From NCBI GenBank assembly GCA_023245355.1, contig JAHFKN010000001.1, forward strand, positions 75,528-139,527: a DNA stretch of 64,000 nt, read 5' to 3'. The first letter of the stretch is position 1, and every line of letters begins with the position of its first letter. Made by a program: the position numbers and the translations under genes. Source of the stretch: Candidatus Gottesmanbacteria bacterium (lineage in GTDB: Bacteria; Patescibacteriota; Microgenomatia; UBA10105; UBA927). Shown here piece by piece: positions 34,519-43,731 of the stretch. The notes beneath the pieces are model-generated. The model did no database searches and had not been told where the DNA came from. It worked only from the letters and a program-made list of their open reading frames with translations.

Positions 34519-35016
34519 ATGATCAAGAAGATAGTGATATTGGTCGTGTTTTTATTCTTGGCTGGGAGTGGTTATTATTTTTTCACAAAGCCAAACGAAG
34601 AAAATTTCAAAGCGCCAGGGAAAGATTGGGAATCAGCCAAAAAGGTAGAAGATTATTTTATTGAACGCCTGCATATGCCAGTTGCTGAGGCCGAGCAGAT
34701 TAGATCGAAGCCAGGAGTAGACGGAACAGCAGATTTACGAATTAGTACAGAAGTTACTCTCGACGCTCTTATAGGAAATCTTTACTATTACGGCTTTGTA
34801 CGAGATGAAAAAGCGTTCAGGTATGCGCTAGAACACACCAAGGACACCACGCCAAGCGATAAGGCTATCAAAGTCGGCAAGGACGGTACGATTGACACCA
34901 ACGCAGAATATAGAATTTCAGAAAGCATGAGCGCGTGGGAGTTGGCAGATTTACTACTCAATAAACCTGAGGGACATTTTCCATTTGATGAATATAACTA
35001 TTTCTTTATGCCGTAG
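34519..35016 (+). CDS. Membrane-anchored hypothetical protein (165 aa)
   Basis: N-terminal TM helix (IVILVVFLFLAGSGYYFF). Confidence 0.35.
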   Translation: MIKKIVILVVFLFLAGSGYYFFTKPNEENFKAPGKDWESAKKVEDYFIERLHMPVAEAEQIRSKPGVDGTADLRISTEVTLDALIGNLYYYGFVRDEKAFRYALEHTKDTTPSDKAIKVGKDGTIDTNAEYRISESMSAWELADLLLNKPEGHFPFDEYNYFFMP

Positions 35017-35790
35017 TTATTCATCTTCAGCTTCCACTTTTTCCCAATGACCTGAAAATGCACCCTCTCTAGTTGCAAGGTATATAGCTACTTGATCAAG
35101 CGGTGTTTCTTCATAAATACGGGCTATATGTTTCTTTAAGTAGATCATGCTGCCGTATCCAGGGCAGATAAAAAGTATGGCCGGAAATGGATGGTTAGTC
35201 GCCTCCTCAAATTTTCCGTCATCGATATAATCACAGTACTCTTGGACTCGCTTGCGCAAGGCAAACCGAGGCGAGCTATCTTCAACTACTTCAACAAAGT
35301 ATCTTTTTGTATTGCCAGCAATATCTACCCGAGCAAAATAGGCATCGGGTAATGGGTGAGGCATGTAGGGGTGTGCCAGTAGATCTGTTTTGGTAAAGAA
35401 ATGGAGTGTGTGCTTGGTTTTTTCTGATTCTTGGCTTAGATGTAAGAAGTACTCTGCTAAAAATGAGGTATGAGCGATAAATTGTTGAGATCTGATTTTC
35501 TCTCTGTAGATTCGTTTCAAGGCTCGTTTATCGATATTATCTTGTTGTTCTAATATCTGGATACTTCCTGACGTTAGATAATAGACTGCTGGGAGATTAG
35601 CTAAGCCTAGTGATCGTGTGTAATGTTTGCCAATGTAATTTTTTGAAGTGAGTAGTTGTAAGTGGTAGTTAGTCAGGCGGATAGTTTTGTGAATAAGTAG
35701 TTTTTGAAGTTGTAGACTGGTTAAGAAGCGAAAGCGATAGAGATAGTGAAGAATGTTGAGTTGTAGAGCGGATAGTTTTTGATTGTCCAT
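35017..35790 (-). CDS. Replication-relaxation (Replic_Relax)-family-like protein; candidate DNA-processing (relaxase-like) factor
   Basis: The N-terminus LSALQLNILHYLYRFRFLTSLQLQKLL resembles the Replic_Relax N-terminal wHTH motif found in Gram-positive conjugative elements. Confidence 0.4.
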   Translation of the reverse strand: MDNQKLSALQLNILHYLYRFRFLTSLQLQKLLIHKTIRLTNYHLQLLTSKNYIGKHYTRSLGLANLPAVYYLTSGSIQILEQQDNIDKRALKRIYREKIRSQQFIAHTSFLAEYFLHLSQESEKTKHTLHFFTKTDLLAHPYMPHPLPDAYFARVDIAGNTKRYFVEVVEDSSPRFALRKRVQEYCDYIDDGKFEEATNHPFPAILFICPGYGSMIYLKKHIARIYEETPLDQVAIYLATREGAFSGHWEKVEAEDE

Positions 35791-35912
35791 AGTATGTGTA
35801 GAGCAGAATCTGGAATGATTGTATCATTCCTCTCCCTTATATATAAGGAATAAGGGGTAAAAGTAAAAGTTAAAAAGGTCTATTTATCGGGCTAAACTAA
35901 AAATCATATTTT

Positions 35913-35924
35913 CCTACCGGTAGG
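35913..35924. promoter_or_regulatory. 12-bp perfect palindrome cctaccggtagg immediately downstream of the coupling-protein stop
   Basis: Read from the sequence. Confidence 0.35.
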
Positions 35925-35929
35925 TAAAG

Positions 35930-38521
35930 TTATGGCACTGTAGAATAGATCTTTTGTGTAGCTTGATTAGTAGTTTTTTTGACTGGTATTTGTTTATCTG
36001 GAGTGTAGAACTTGGCATACAATTTTCTCGACGATTCAACAACCTCATTAACCCTATTCTGACTGTATTCGATTTGTACTGGAACGGTAACACCTGAAAA
36101 TGGTTCTTCTGGGTTAAGTGCTCCAAGCCTCATGTAAAAGTGATATGAGGGAAGGCTCGCGATTTCACCCTGTTCGATGTATGGCCTGAATTGTGGCAAG
36201 ATCATCCGTTCATCCTCAGGGTTAGCTGTTCTAAAGCAAATTACTGTACCCGTATTAGCTAGGGTGATATTTACGAGTGAAACATCCTCAAGTTGTGAGG
36301 TGGTTTGGTGAGCCAAGATAGCGCCAAGTCGATATTTTCGCGCCTCTGAGAGGATTTGGGCAAACGCTGGGGTAGCAAAGTTTTGGAACTCATCAACGTA
36401 CAGGAAGAAGTCTTTTCTTTCTTCCTGCTTCATCCTGGCTCTCTTTAAGGCTGCCAACTGAATCTTGGCCATGATAAGTACTCCAAAAACTTCTGAGTTG
36501 TCTTCTCCAATCTTGCCTTTTGAGAGATTACATAAGAGTATTTTCCCTTCATTCATGATGGTATCGAAGTTTACGGTTGATTTACCTTGCTCAAGTATTC
36601 GCTTGGCTGTCGGGGAAAACAGGAAACGACCGATCTTATTGGTTATAGGAGAAATCATTTTCACTTTTTGATAATCACCCGCTTTGGCAAATTCAAACTT
36701 CCAGAAATCGTTAAGATTCTCATCTGTCAGGTTTTTGGTAACAGATTTTCGGTAGCTCGTGTTAATGAGTAGTTTGTAAACCGTAAACAAGGTAGCATCT
36801 GGGACGGTAAAGGCGGTATGGATAGTATTTCTCAAGATGTATTCCATTCTTGGCCCTGAGTATTTATCTGTGTAGATTTTATGGAAGACCGAGATAATAC
36901 TTTCTGCTATAAATTCTTTTTCTCTGATAGCATCTTCAGGATTTAACCCTGGAGTTAGTTCAAGAAGATTGATACCCATAGGATAGCTAATGTCATCTGG
37001 ATTAAAGTAGACTACATCCTTGATCCTCTCACGAGGTATTACAGACAATATCTGCTCAATCAGATCACCGTGCGGGTCAATCACCGATAACCCTTTGTTA
37101 TGATCAATATCTTGCTTAATCATCGATAGCAACATCGTGGACTTTCCTGTGCCGGTAGCTCCAAGAATATACACATGGCGCCGTCTTTCGTCAGCGGTTA
37201 ACCCTATTTTAGTCTCAGTGCCACCATAGGTATTTGTCCCAAAGTACAAATCACTTTCTTGTTTCTGCTTAAGTGATAATGGAGCGGGCAATTCTTTACT
37301 GTGTTGCTTGAGCAAATCCTCAGTCTTAGTCGTACTGGTATAGGGAAAGTGATAGAGATCTGATACCTCAGTGGCCGAGAGAATAAATGATCTAGTTAGT
37401 AGAAAAAACCTCAAGTTGTAAAGTGATTCCATTATTCGATCAAATATCTTTACTCTGATCCGAAATGACGGAATGAGTGCCTGGTACTCCGAATTATTAA
37501 GCGCGGAAAGTGCAGATTGAAAACCTCGTTCCCGTTTTCTAAGTTCACTATAATTATTGCTTGCTACCATGAGCCGTACAGATGCCGAGAATAACTGTTG
37601 ATCTAATTTATTCTTTACCAGTTGTTCCAGTTCCATCTGATACGGGTTTGGTGTTTTGAGTGGTTCGATATCGGTTGGAAGCCGTAGCATCGGACCTTCT
37701 CTGCCATCTGTTGTGATAAAGACTAATAATCCAAATGGAAGCATCAGTATACGAAGTATTAAACCGAAGAGCATTTTAAATAAGACTACAACTGGATTTG
37801 AGCTTGCATCATTGCCCAAGTTTGAAACAATATCTTTACCTGAGTAAATAAGATGAGAGATACGCGAAACGTCAGGAAGTGAAGATTTACGCAGAGGCGA
37901 TAATACGACCTGAAATGCAGTTAGATCATCATCACTTAACTTAGTCATACTTCCTGTTAGGTATGCTATTGGATCATGGCTGGCTAAATCCTCTTGGTGT
38001 TTTAGTGGGTATGCAAAGTGTCGTGAAAGTCTATAACTAGATATTCGTTTATGTTGCTTAGTAAGTAACTCCAGATAATCAGTCGTTTCTTTTACACTGA
38101 TTCCGGGTAGATAGGATAAGAGGGTTTTCTTAACTAAGTCAGCTTCATCTTCCCCAATTCTTGTGTAATAGGTTATTCCGCCATTCTTCGTCGAAACTAT
38201 CTCAAAAGAATAGGTTTTTTGGATATCAAATAAACGGTTGATAAATGATCGTTGTCTGGCGAGCCCATGCAGAATGGCAAATAATTGCTGAGTTGTATAT
38301 GAAGACTGTTCTGTATTTTTGAGAGGTTTAATCTCAAAAAGGATACTTTTCTCTTTTAATTGTTTAATGAAAAGATATACGCGAAATATCTGAAAACAGA
38401 CATATATGAGCACCAAAGCCAGTAAAACTATCTTGAGCGGAGTAATAAAGGGACTAAATGAAGTGAGGAACGAAGTTAAATACGTAGCTAGAGTTTGTTG
38501 TATGGAAGTTATATTTGGCAT
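35930..38521 (-). CDS. Type IV coupling protein (VirD4/TraG/FtsK-like ATPase), 2 N-terminal TM helices
   Basis: Walker A is HVYILGATGTGKST. Walker B is FFLYVDEFQNF. The N-terminal TM segments are characteristic of T4CPs. Confidence 0.75.
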   Translation of the reverse strand: MPNITSIQQTLATYLTSFLTSFSPFITPLKIVLLALVLIYVCFQIFRVYLFIKQLKEKSILFEIKPLKNTEQSSYTTQQLFAILHGLARQRSFINRLFDIQKTYSFEIVSTKNGGITYYTRIGEDEADLVKKTLLSYLPGISVKETTDYLELLTKQHKRISSYRLSRHFAYPLKHQEDLASHDPIAYLTGSMTKLSDDDLTAFQVVLSPLRKSSLPDVSRISHLIYSGKDIVSNLGNDASSNPVVVLFKMLFGLILRILMLPFGLLVFITTDGREGPMLRLPTDIEPLKTPNPYQMELEQLVKNKLDQQLFSASVRLMVASNNYSELRKRERGFQSALSALNNSEYQALIPSFRIRVKIFDRIMESLYNLRFFLLTRSFILSATEVSDLYHFPYTSTTKTEDLLKQHSKELPAPLSLKQKQESDLYFGTNTYGGTETKIGLTADERRRHVYILGATGTGKSTMLLSMIKQDIDHNKGLSVIDPHGDLIEQILSVIPRERIKDVVYFNPDDISYPMGINLLELTPGLNPEDAIREKEFIAESIISVFHKIYTDKYSGPRMEYILRNTIHTAFTVPDATLFTVYKLLINTSYRKSVTKNLTDENLNDFWKFEFAKAGDYQKVKMISPITNKIGRFLFSPTAKRILEQGKSTVNFDTIMNEGKILLCNLSKGKIGEDNSEVFGVLIMAKIQLAALKRARMKQEERKDFFLYVDEFQNFATPAFAQILSEARKYRLGAILAHQTTSQLEDVSLVNITLANTGTVICFRTANPEDERMILPQFRPYIEQGEIASLPSYHFYMRLGALNPEEPFSGVTVPVQIEYSQNRVNEVVESSRKLYAKFYTPDKQIPVKKTTNQATQKIYSTVP

Positions 38522-38586
38522 AATCCGACCTTAATAGGCAGGATTTAGTTGAGAGTATACAGGAAGTTGCCGTTGTGAGCAAAAGC

Positions 38587-38811
38587 TTAAAACGGTAGGA
38601 CTTGGGATGATTTAATCTTGAGCGCCTTGCAAATACTTTCGATCACTGAAAAAGTAGGGTTTTCTTCTCCTCGTTCAATGCCAGCATAGTGGGTTGTAGA
38701 AATTTTACTCAGTACCGCAACCTCTTCTTGTGAAAGTTTTTTATCCTCCCGAACAGAGCGCAGGTTTTTACCGAACGCTTTCTGGCTTTTTTCATCTGGC
38801 AACATATTCAT
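38587..38811 (-). CDS. XRE-family helix-turn-helix transcriptional regulator (74 aa)
   Basis: LSQEEVAVLSKISTTHYAGIERGEENPTFSVIESICKAL is a classic HTH_3. Confidence 0.7.
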   Translation of the reverse strand: MNMLPDEKSQKAFGKNLRSVREDKKLSQEEVAVLSKISTTHYAGIERGEENPTFSVIESICKALKIKSSQVLPF

Positions 38812-38899
38812 AATCGTAGTATATCACTCGCAATTTGACGGTAGTTTATCAAAGAACTCTCATTTCTTCAAGTTATAGGACATAGTTTGAGCCTAAATA

Positions 38900-38990
38900 T
38901 CCTCTGTAACTATAATTATAATTTAGCCTTGAAATATGCTTGACAACTACAACTATAATTGCTATTCTGTAACTATAGTTGTAGTTTATT
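38900..38990. promoter_or_regulatory. Operator/promoter region between divergent XRE gene and recombinase operon: 13-bp inverted repeat aactacaactata/tatagttgtagtt (38945-38957 / 38974-38986) plus direct repeat tctgtaactata (38903-38914, 38966-38977) and TTGACA box
   Basis: Read directly from the sequence. Confidence 0.5.
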
Positions 38991-39003
38991 TAAGAGTACA
39001 GCC

Positions 39004-39213
39004 ATGATAAGTAAAGAGTATTTAGATAAGTTTAAGAAGCTATATAAGGACAAATATGACATTACTCTCACAGATGAGGAGGCAACTGAATTGGCAAACC
39101 ATTTTCTCAACATGATGGAAGTGCTTATCAAGCCTAAACAAAAACGTTCGCGCAGCATACAGAATAACAATGTGTCTGAGGAAAGGAGTACCTATGCGAC
39201 TGACAGACTATAA
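39004..39213 (+). CDS. Small protein (69 aa) upstream of and overlapping the recombinase start; candidate accessory/recombination-directionality factor
   Basis: MISKEYLDKFKKLYKDKYDITLTDEEATELANHF... Position only. Confidence 0.3.
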   Translation: MISKEYLDKFKKLYKDKYDITLTDEEATELANHFLNMMEVLIKPKQKRSRSIQNNNVSEERSTYATDRL

Positions 39214-40828
39214 AAACCACAATAATACTAAGCTTCCTGCGTCTCCACGTTACATGATGTATTGCCGCAAAAGCAGTGAATCCGATGAGCGCCAGATTCA
39301 ATCATTACCAGATCAGATAACAAACTTGACTGCACTCATTAAACAAAGAGGTGTTGAACTTGTTGGCGAGCCATTACAAGAGCAGCGAACCGCAAAAATG
39401 CCGGGTAGACCGGTATTTGGAAAGCTTGTACAAATGATCGAGGATGGGGAGGTAAATACCATCGTGTTGCTTAATCCATCCCGCTTATCTAGAAATACCG
39501 TAGATACTGGTCGAATTATCTATCTCATGGATCAAGGAAAGTTGCTTGAAGTCGTTACTCCGTATCAATCGTTTCGTAATAATCCAAGCGATAAATTCAT
39601 GCTTAACCTGCTTTGTACGCAAGCTAAGCTCGAGAATGATAATAAAAGCGTCAATGTTACCGAAGCACTAAAGCTTAAAGCTGAACGCGGAGTGTTCCCA
39701 GGCAAAGCAAGGCCAGGATATAGAAATAATCATGAAAAACCTCAAGGACTACGAGATATCTCGCCACATCCCGTATATTTTCCACTTATGAGAAAGCTCT
39801 TTGACTTAGCTCTAACTGGCAACTACAGCGTTGAAGCTCTCATGCGGGAGGCCAAAATCCTTGGCATACGAAGTACCAAGTCTGGCAAACCGATTGTGAA
39901 AAGTTGGATGCATCGAATACTGCGAGACCCGTTCTATACCGGTCGGTTTATCTATAACAGCAAGCTCTATCAAGGACAGCATCAAGCCATGCTTACCGAC
40001 GCTGAGTTTAACTTGCTTCAAGATATATTGGACGGCAGATCCAAAGCCAGACTCCAAAAACATGATTTTGCACTCAATGGCATTATGAAGTGTGGAGAGT
40101 GTCATTATTGTATTACCGCTCAAGAGCATAAGAAAAAATACAAAAACGGCACAGAGCAGGTATTCGGTTACTATAACTGTACGAAGAAAGGAAATAACAA
40201 GTGCTCACAACCGTTTGTATCCACTTCCAAACTCGAAGGACAGTTTTCAAGTGATCTATCACACTTTGAGATTGAGGATAAAGAGTTTATAGATTGGGCA
40301 TATGAAGCACTCGAAGAAACCAGAGACAAGTATCATGAAGTCAATAAAACCAGCTCAGAAGCCCTCCAAACGGCTTTAGACGGTGTGAATCGCCGGATCG
40401 ATAATCTTATTGCCCTCAAAATTTCTCCTGAGAATGACGGAAGCCTCTTATCTGACTCAGAGTTTGGTGATAGAAAACGCGAACTCATGATGGAAAAGGA
40501 ACAAATTACAAGACAGTTGGCACTAGCAAATGCAAATGGTGACGAGTGGTCTGATGTTGCTAAAGACTCTTTTGAATTTGCGTTACTAGCTAAAGAACGA
40601 TTTGAAACCGGTGACTCTGAAGACAAAAAAGTGATATTCAAGGCAATCGGCTTGAACCCGATCTTACTAGATCAAAAACTGGAATATCAGCCTAGATTTG
40701 TCTTTATGAAGATGAAAGAGGTTGCGGAAACTATGAACGGCGGAAATGACCCGCTCGAACCCAAAAAAAGCCCGTCAGATCGCGAAAATCTGAAAAATTA
40801 TTTAAAAAGTACTGTATTGTGCGGGTGA
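39194..40828 (+). CDS. Large serine recombinase (phage-integrase-type resolvase/invertase family)
   Basis: YCRKSSESDERQIQSLPDQ holds the catalytic Ser in the resolvase N-domain. PSRLSRN follows. The recombinase domain has a zinc ribbon CGECHYC...YYNCTKK. A C-terminal coiled coil is present. The stop codon tga at 40826-40828 lies inside the tRNA-Leu(GAG) acceptor stem. Confidence 0.9.
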   Translation: MRLTDYKNHNNTKLPASPRYMMYCRKSSESDERQIQSLPDQITNLTALIKQRGVELVGEPLQEQRTAKMPGRPVFGKLVQMIEDGEVNTIVLLNPSRLSRNTVDTGRIIYLMDQGKLLEVVTPYQSFRNNPSDKFMLNLLCTQAKLENDNKSVNVTEALKLKAERGVFPGKARPGYRNNHEKPQGLRDISPHPVYFPLMRKLFDLALTGNYSVEALMREAKILGIRSTKSGKPIVKSWMHRILRDPFYTGRFIYNSKLYQGQHQAMLTDAEFNLLQDILDGRSKARLQKHDFALNGIMKCGECHYCITAQEHKKKYKNGTEQVFGYYNCTKKGNNKCSQPFVSTSKLEGQFSSDLSHFEIEDKEFIDWAYEALEETRDKYHEVNKTSSEALQTALDGVNRRIDNLIALKISPENDGSLLSDSEFGDRKRELMMEKEQITRQLALANANGDEWSDVAKDSFEFALLAKERFETGDSEDKKVIFKAIGLNPILLDQKLEYQPRFVFMKMKEVAETMNGGNDPLEPKKSPSDRENLKNYLKSTVLCG

Positions 40829-40901
40829 GAGGACTTGAACCTCTAAGCCTTACGGCACAGCCTCCTCAAGACTGCGTGTCTACCAGTTTCACCACACCCG
40901 C
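40820..40901 (-). tRNA. tRNA-Leu(GAG)
   Basis: GCGGGTG TG GTG AAACTGGTAG ACAC G CAGTC TTGAGGA GGCTG TGCCGTAAGGCTT AGAGG TTCAAGT CCTCT CACCCGC A. Confidence 0.8.
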
Positions 40902-41044
40902 GTCATGTCAGGTCATTATTATACCAAAAAATGTCTCCGGCGTAGAGAAGAAGTTCTTTTCCTTTTTAACCGACTCGAATGTCTTCATTCAGTTGAAACG
41001 AAAATACTGTACGTTGTTTTATGGATGTTTGATATAGTGTATGT

Positions 41045-41716
41045 GTGATCTATATTGTCGAATTTCTTATATTTGCGTTTTTGGGCTGGATTGTCGATTC
41101 CCTGTATAGTTCTTTCGAGCATAAGAAAAAAGTGATCTCGGGATACTTTCGGGGCGTGCCGCTGTGTCCTCTGTACGGCTTCGGGGGAATCATACTTCTT
41201 AATAGTTTTGCGCTTCTGTCTGCCCAACCCGGATGGATAGTAGTTTTGGCATCAACCATCATGATTATCGTGCTGGAATATATCGGCGGGAGGATAGCAG
41301 AACATGTATTGGAGGAGCGACTGTGGGATTATTCCAAAGAACGTTTTAACCTGCATGGATACATCAGCGCAAAACACAGTATCCTGTGGTTAATTGTCGT
41401 AACAATACTCTATGTTCTGATAGGAAAATCTGCCGGTACATACATCACATGGCTGGGTACGCACATTCCCATTGAAAGTCATCTGGATGTTCTCGTCGTA
41501 TTTATTGCGGCCGGTTTGTCATTTCTGGTGACGATAAAAAATAAGAAACTGCGCCTTTCGCGTTTGGCTGAAAAACAACTGGAAGACATACAGTCCATTG
41601 AGGAAATGTTTGACTTCCGTAAACTGGAGGCGCTTCGTAAGAAAAAACATCACGAAATATTTTCCAGGAAGAACATCGATACGTTTCTTAAAAAAGTAGA
41701 GGAATGGAACACATGA
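41045..41716 (+). CDS. Hypothetical polytopic membrane protein (223 aa)
   Basis: About 5 TM helices. C-terminal charged tail. Confidence 0.4.
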   Translation: MIYIVEFLIFAFLGWIVDSLYSSFEHKKKVISGYFRGVPLCPLYGFGGIILLNSFALLSAQPGWIVVLASTIMIIVLEYIGGRIAEHVLEERLWDYSKERFNLHGYISAKHSILWLIVVTILYVLIGKSAGTYITWLGTHIPIESHLDVLVVFIAAGLSFLVTIKNKKLRLSRLAEKQLEDIQSIEEMFDFRKLEALRKKKHHEIFSRKNIDTFLKKVEEWNT

Positions 41717-41726
41717 CGCCGTAACA

Positions 41727-42182
41727 TTACTGCAGGATTTTGGCAGCACGTTCTGCCCACGTTTTCACTTTCTGCTCATTCTCCTGCAATGAATAATAAC
41801 GGTCGATCCGCAGTGATTCCATGTTTGGTGTGACATTCAGTGCTTTCAGTGTGTTTTCTATGACATCAACTGCCCCGCAAAAGTGCGGGTACGATACATC
41901 TCCGAGTCCGAAAATCAGAACCTTTTTACCTGTTAAATCCTGAGGTGAAAGAGCAGCAAGAAATGCCGTTATTTCCGGCAAGGGTTGTCCGTCCTTCCCC
42001 TGGTCCTCCCAACTAGGGGAACCCACGATGAGTGCGTTGTATGCGTGCAGGGATTCTTTTGTTGCGTTTTCTACCGGCAGCACATCGACTTCAAGGCCGG
42101 TGGCAACAAGAGTACGTCCGATCAGTTCCGCGACAGTCATTGTCGAGCCCGAGAGTGTTCCGTAAATGAGCAAGCACTTCAT
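41727..42182 (-). CDS. Flavodoxin
   Basis: LLIYGTLSGSTMTVAELIG is the flavodoxin FMN-phosphate loop. Length 151 aa. Confidence 0.65.
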   Translation of the reverse strand: MKCLLIYGTLSGSTMTVAELIGRTLVATGLEVDVLPVENATKESLHAYNALIVGSPSWEDQGKDGQPLPEITAFLAALSPQDLTGKKVLIFGLGDVSYPHFCGAVDVIENTLKALNVTPNMESLRIDRYYSLQENEQKVKTWAERAAKILQ

Positions 42183-42197
42183 GTAATGTATTATACA

Positions 42198-43235
42198 TTA
42201 ATGCAGGGAGTTGTGAACGATTTGGACAACGAAATCATCAAGCGTCATGCCGTGCGCTTTGATGCTTGCCGTCATCGCATCACGCGGATCAGGGTCAAAT
42301 CCGGCATTGGCATTGGCTTCCAGAAAATACCAGGTGTTTTCTTTGGTATTAAACCGCAGGTCAAAGCGGGCATAATCCCGTAGCCCCAAAGCATAAAAAG
42401 CACGGATAGAATCTTTGCGTATTCCCGTATCTATCCCCGCTTTGAGTTCCTTTGGCGGAGCGATGAAATGACAGCTTTGATACGCTGCGGTATTTTTGGT
42501 CCATTTCTCGTCGAACCCGTAAATATTCCATTTATTTTTACCCTTGCTGCGGAACGCAATTTCCGCGATAGGAAGCGCGTACGTTTTGGTCGGCGTCTCC
42601 AGAACGGTAACCTGCAGCTCTTTGCCTGCAATAAATTCCTCTGCCAGCAAGGCCTGCTTATGGGATTTACGCATGCGTTGTATGATTTTTACAAATTGCT
42701 GGTAGGTTGTGGCAATCGATTGATTGGTAATGCCGATGCTGCAATGCTCGAACGCGGGTTTGACAATGACGGGAAATTTACCGGGCAGCAATTTTCTGCT
42801 GATGCGGTCTTTAAGATGTATGACGGTATATTTTGGGGTGGGCAGCGCATTTTTTTCAAACAACCGTTTCGTTTTCAACTTGTTATTGGAAATCTGAATG
42901 GCTTTAAACGATGAACCGGAATACGGTATATGCAGTCTTCCCAGAATTTTCGCGATTTCCACTTCCATTTTTTTGCTGTCGACAAGATTAAAAACGAAAT
43001 CCGCCTTTAATTGTTTCAACTCTGACAGGTCATCGGGTTTTACTTTGATAATTTGCACGTTATATCCGCGTTTCTTAAACAGCACGCGCATATAGTTGAC
43101 GATATCATCGGTCTGATTATCGACAAGTGCGTGTTGTGAACTGAAATAGGTATCCGTGATATCCTTGGGCACGTAGTGATACAGGATAGCGATCGTAAAT
43201 CTTTTTTTTGCCCGCACTCTTTTTTTGGTTTTCAT
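42198..43235 (-). CDS. ATP-grasp enzyme, D-alanine--D-alanine ligase-like
   Basis: The ATP-grasp C-terminal motifs are RFDLRFNTKENTWYFLEANANAGF. A preceding Ddl_N-like region is present. Confidence 0.5.
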   Translation of the reverse strand: MKTKKRVRAKKRFTIAILYHYVPKDITDTYFSSQHALVDNQTDDIVNYMRVLFKKRGYNVQIIKVKPDDLSELKQLKADFVFNLVDSKKMEVEIAKILGRLHIPYSGSSFKAIQISNNKLKTKRLFEKNALPTPKYTVIHLKDRISRKLLPGKFPVIVKPAFEHCSIGITNQSIATTYQQFVKIIQRMRKSHKQALLAEEFIAGKELQVTVLETPTKTYALPIAEIAFRSKGKNKWNIYGFDEKWTKNTAAYQSCHFIAPPKELKAGIDTGIRKDSIRAFYALGLRDYARFDLRFNTKENTWYFLEANANAGFDPDPRDAMTASIKAHGMTLDDFVVQIVHNSLH

Positions 43236-43336
43236 ATTTTCGCTGTTATAACAACAACAAATTTTTACACGTTTGTCAAATATACCACAACCATTGTGGC
43301 GAGATGCGTATATTTGTTAAAATAGAAATCCGGGAG

Positions 43337-43409
43337 GGACGATTAGCTCAACGGCTAGAGCACTTCGTTTACATCGAAGGGGTTGGGGGTTCGAATCCCT
43401 CATCGTCCA
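43337..43409 (+). tRNA. tRNA-Val(UAC)
   Basis: GGACGAT TA GCTC AACGGCTA GAGC A CTTCG TTTACAT CGAAG GGGTT GGGGG TTCGAAT CCCTC ATCGTCC A. Confidence 0.75.
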
Positions 43410-43419
43410 CAGGGATAAT

Positions 43420-43492
43420 GCTGAGGTAGCCAAGGTGGTCAAGGCGCCTGTCTGAAAAACAGGTTATGCGTGTTCGACTCACGCCCTCAGCA
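43420..43492 (+). tRNA. tRNA-Phe(GAA)
   Basis: GCTGAGG TA GCC AAGGTGGTCAA GGC G CCTGT CTGAAAA ACAGG...GCGTG TTCGACT CACGC CCTCAGC A. Confidence 0.75.
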
Positions 43493-43552
43493 CAATACTA
43501 TGTGCTTTTGGGATATAGATCAGGGTATAATACCCCGCGCTGGGGAAATAAA

Positions 43553-43624
43553 GCGGCGTTAGTTCACCGGTAGAATGTCTCCTTGCCAAGGAGAAGGTAA
43601 CGGGTTCAATTCCCGTACGCCGCT
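43553..43624 (+). tRNA. tRNA-Gly(GCC), U73 discriminator
   Basis: GCGGCGT TA GTTC ACCGGTA GAAT G TCTCC TTGCCAA GGAGA AGGTA ACGGG TTCAATT CCCGT ACGCCGC T. Confidence 0.75.
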
Positions 43625-43659
43625 CAAAAACACACTAGGTAGGTCTATGGTTCCCTACT

Positions 43660-43731
43660 TGCGGGGTCGTTCAACGGTAGGACACCTGCCTTTGGAGCAG
43701 GGTATTCTTGGTTCGAATCCAAGCCCCGCAG
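43660..43731 (+). tRNA. tRNA-Gln(UUG), U1:A72 and G73 as in bacterial tRNA-Gln
   Basis: TGCGGGG TC GTTC AACGGTA GGAC A CCTGC CTTTGGA GCAGG GTATT CTTGG TTCGAAT CCAAG CCCCGCA G. Confidence 0.7.

Larger units (their letters stand above)
22384..40901. mobile_element. Putative integrative conjugative element / genomic island (AT-rich from about 22.8 kb), bounded by tRNA-Leu(CAG) and tRNA-Leu(GAG) whose 3' ends both face inward; carries a serine recombinase, XRE regulator, Gram-positive-type T4SS module and defence-like cargo
   Basis: There is a visible drop in G+C with long A/T runs versus the flanks. Gene content is described in the individual features. The recombinase stop codon overlaps the tRNA-Leu(GAG) 3' end. 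Confidence 0.6.

Noticed and set aside
35914-36126. 70-aa minus-strand ORF overlapping the T4CP 3' end
   Set aside because: Nested in an alternative frame at the end of the coupling-protein gene. Only the 12-bp palindrome was retained.
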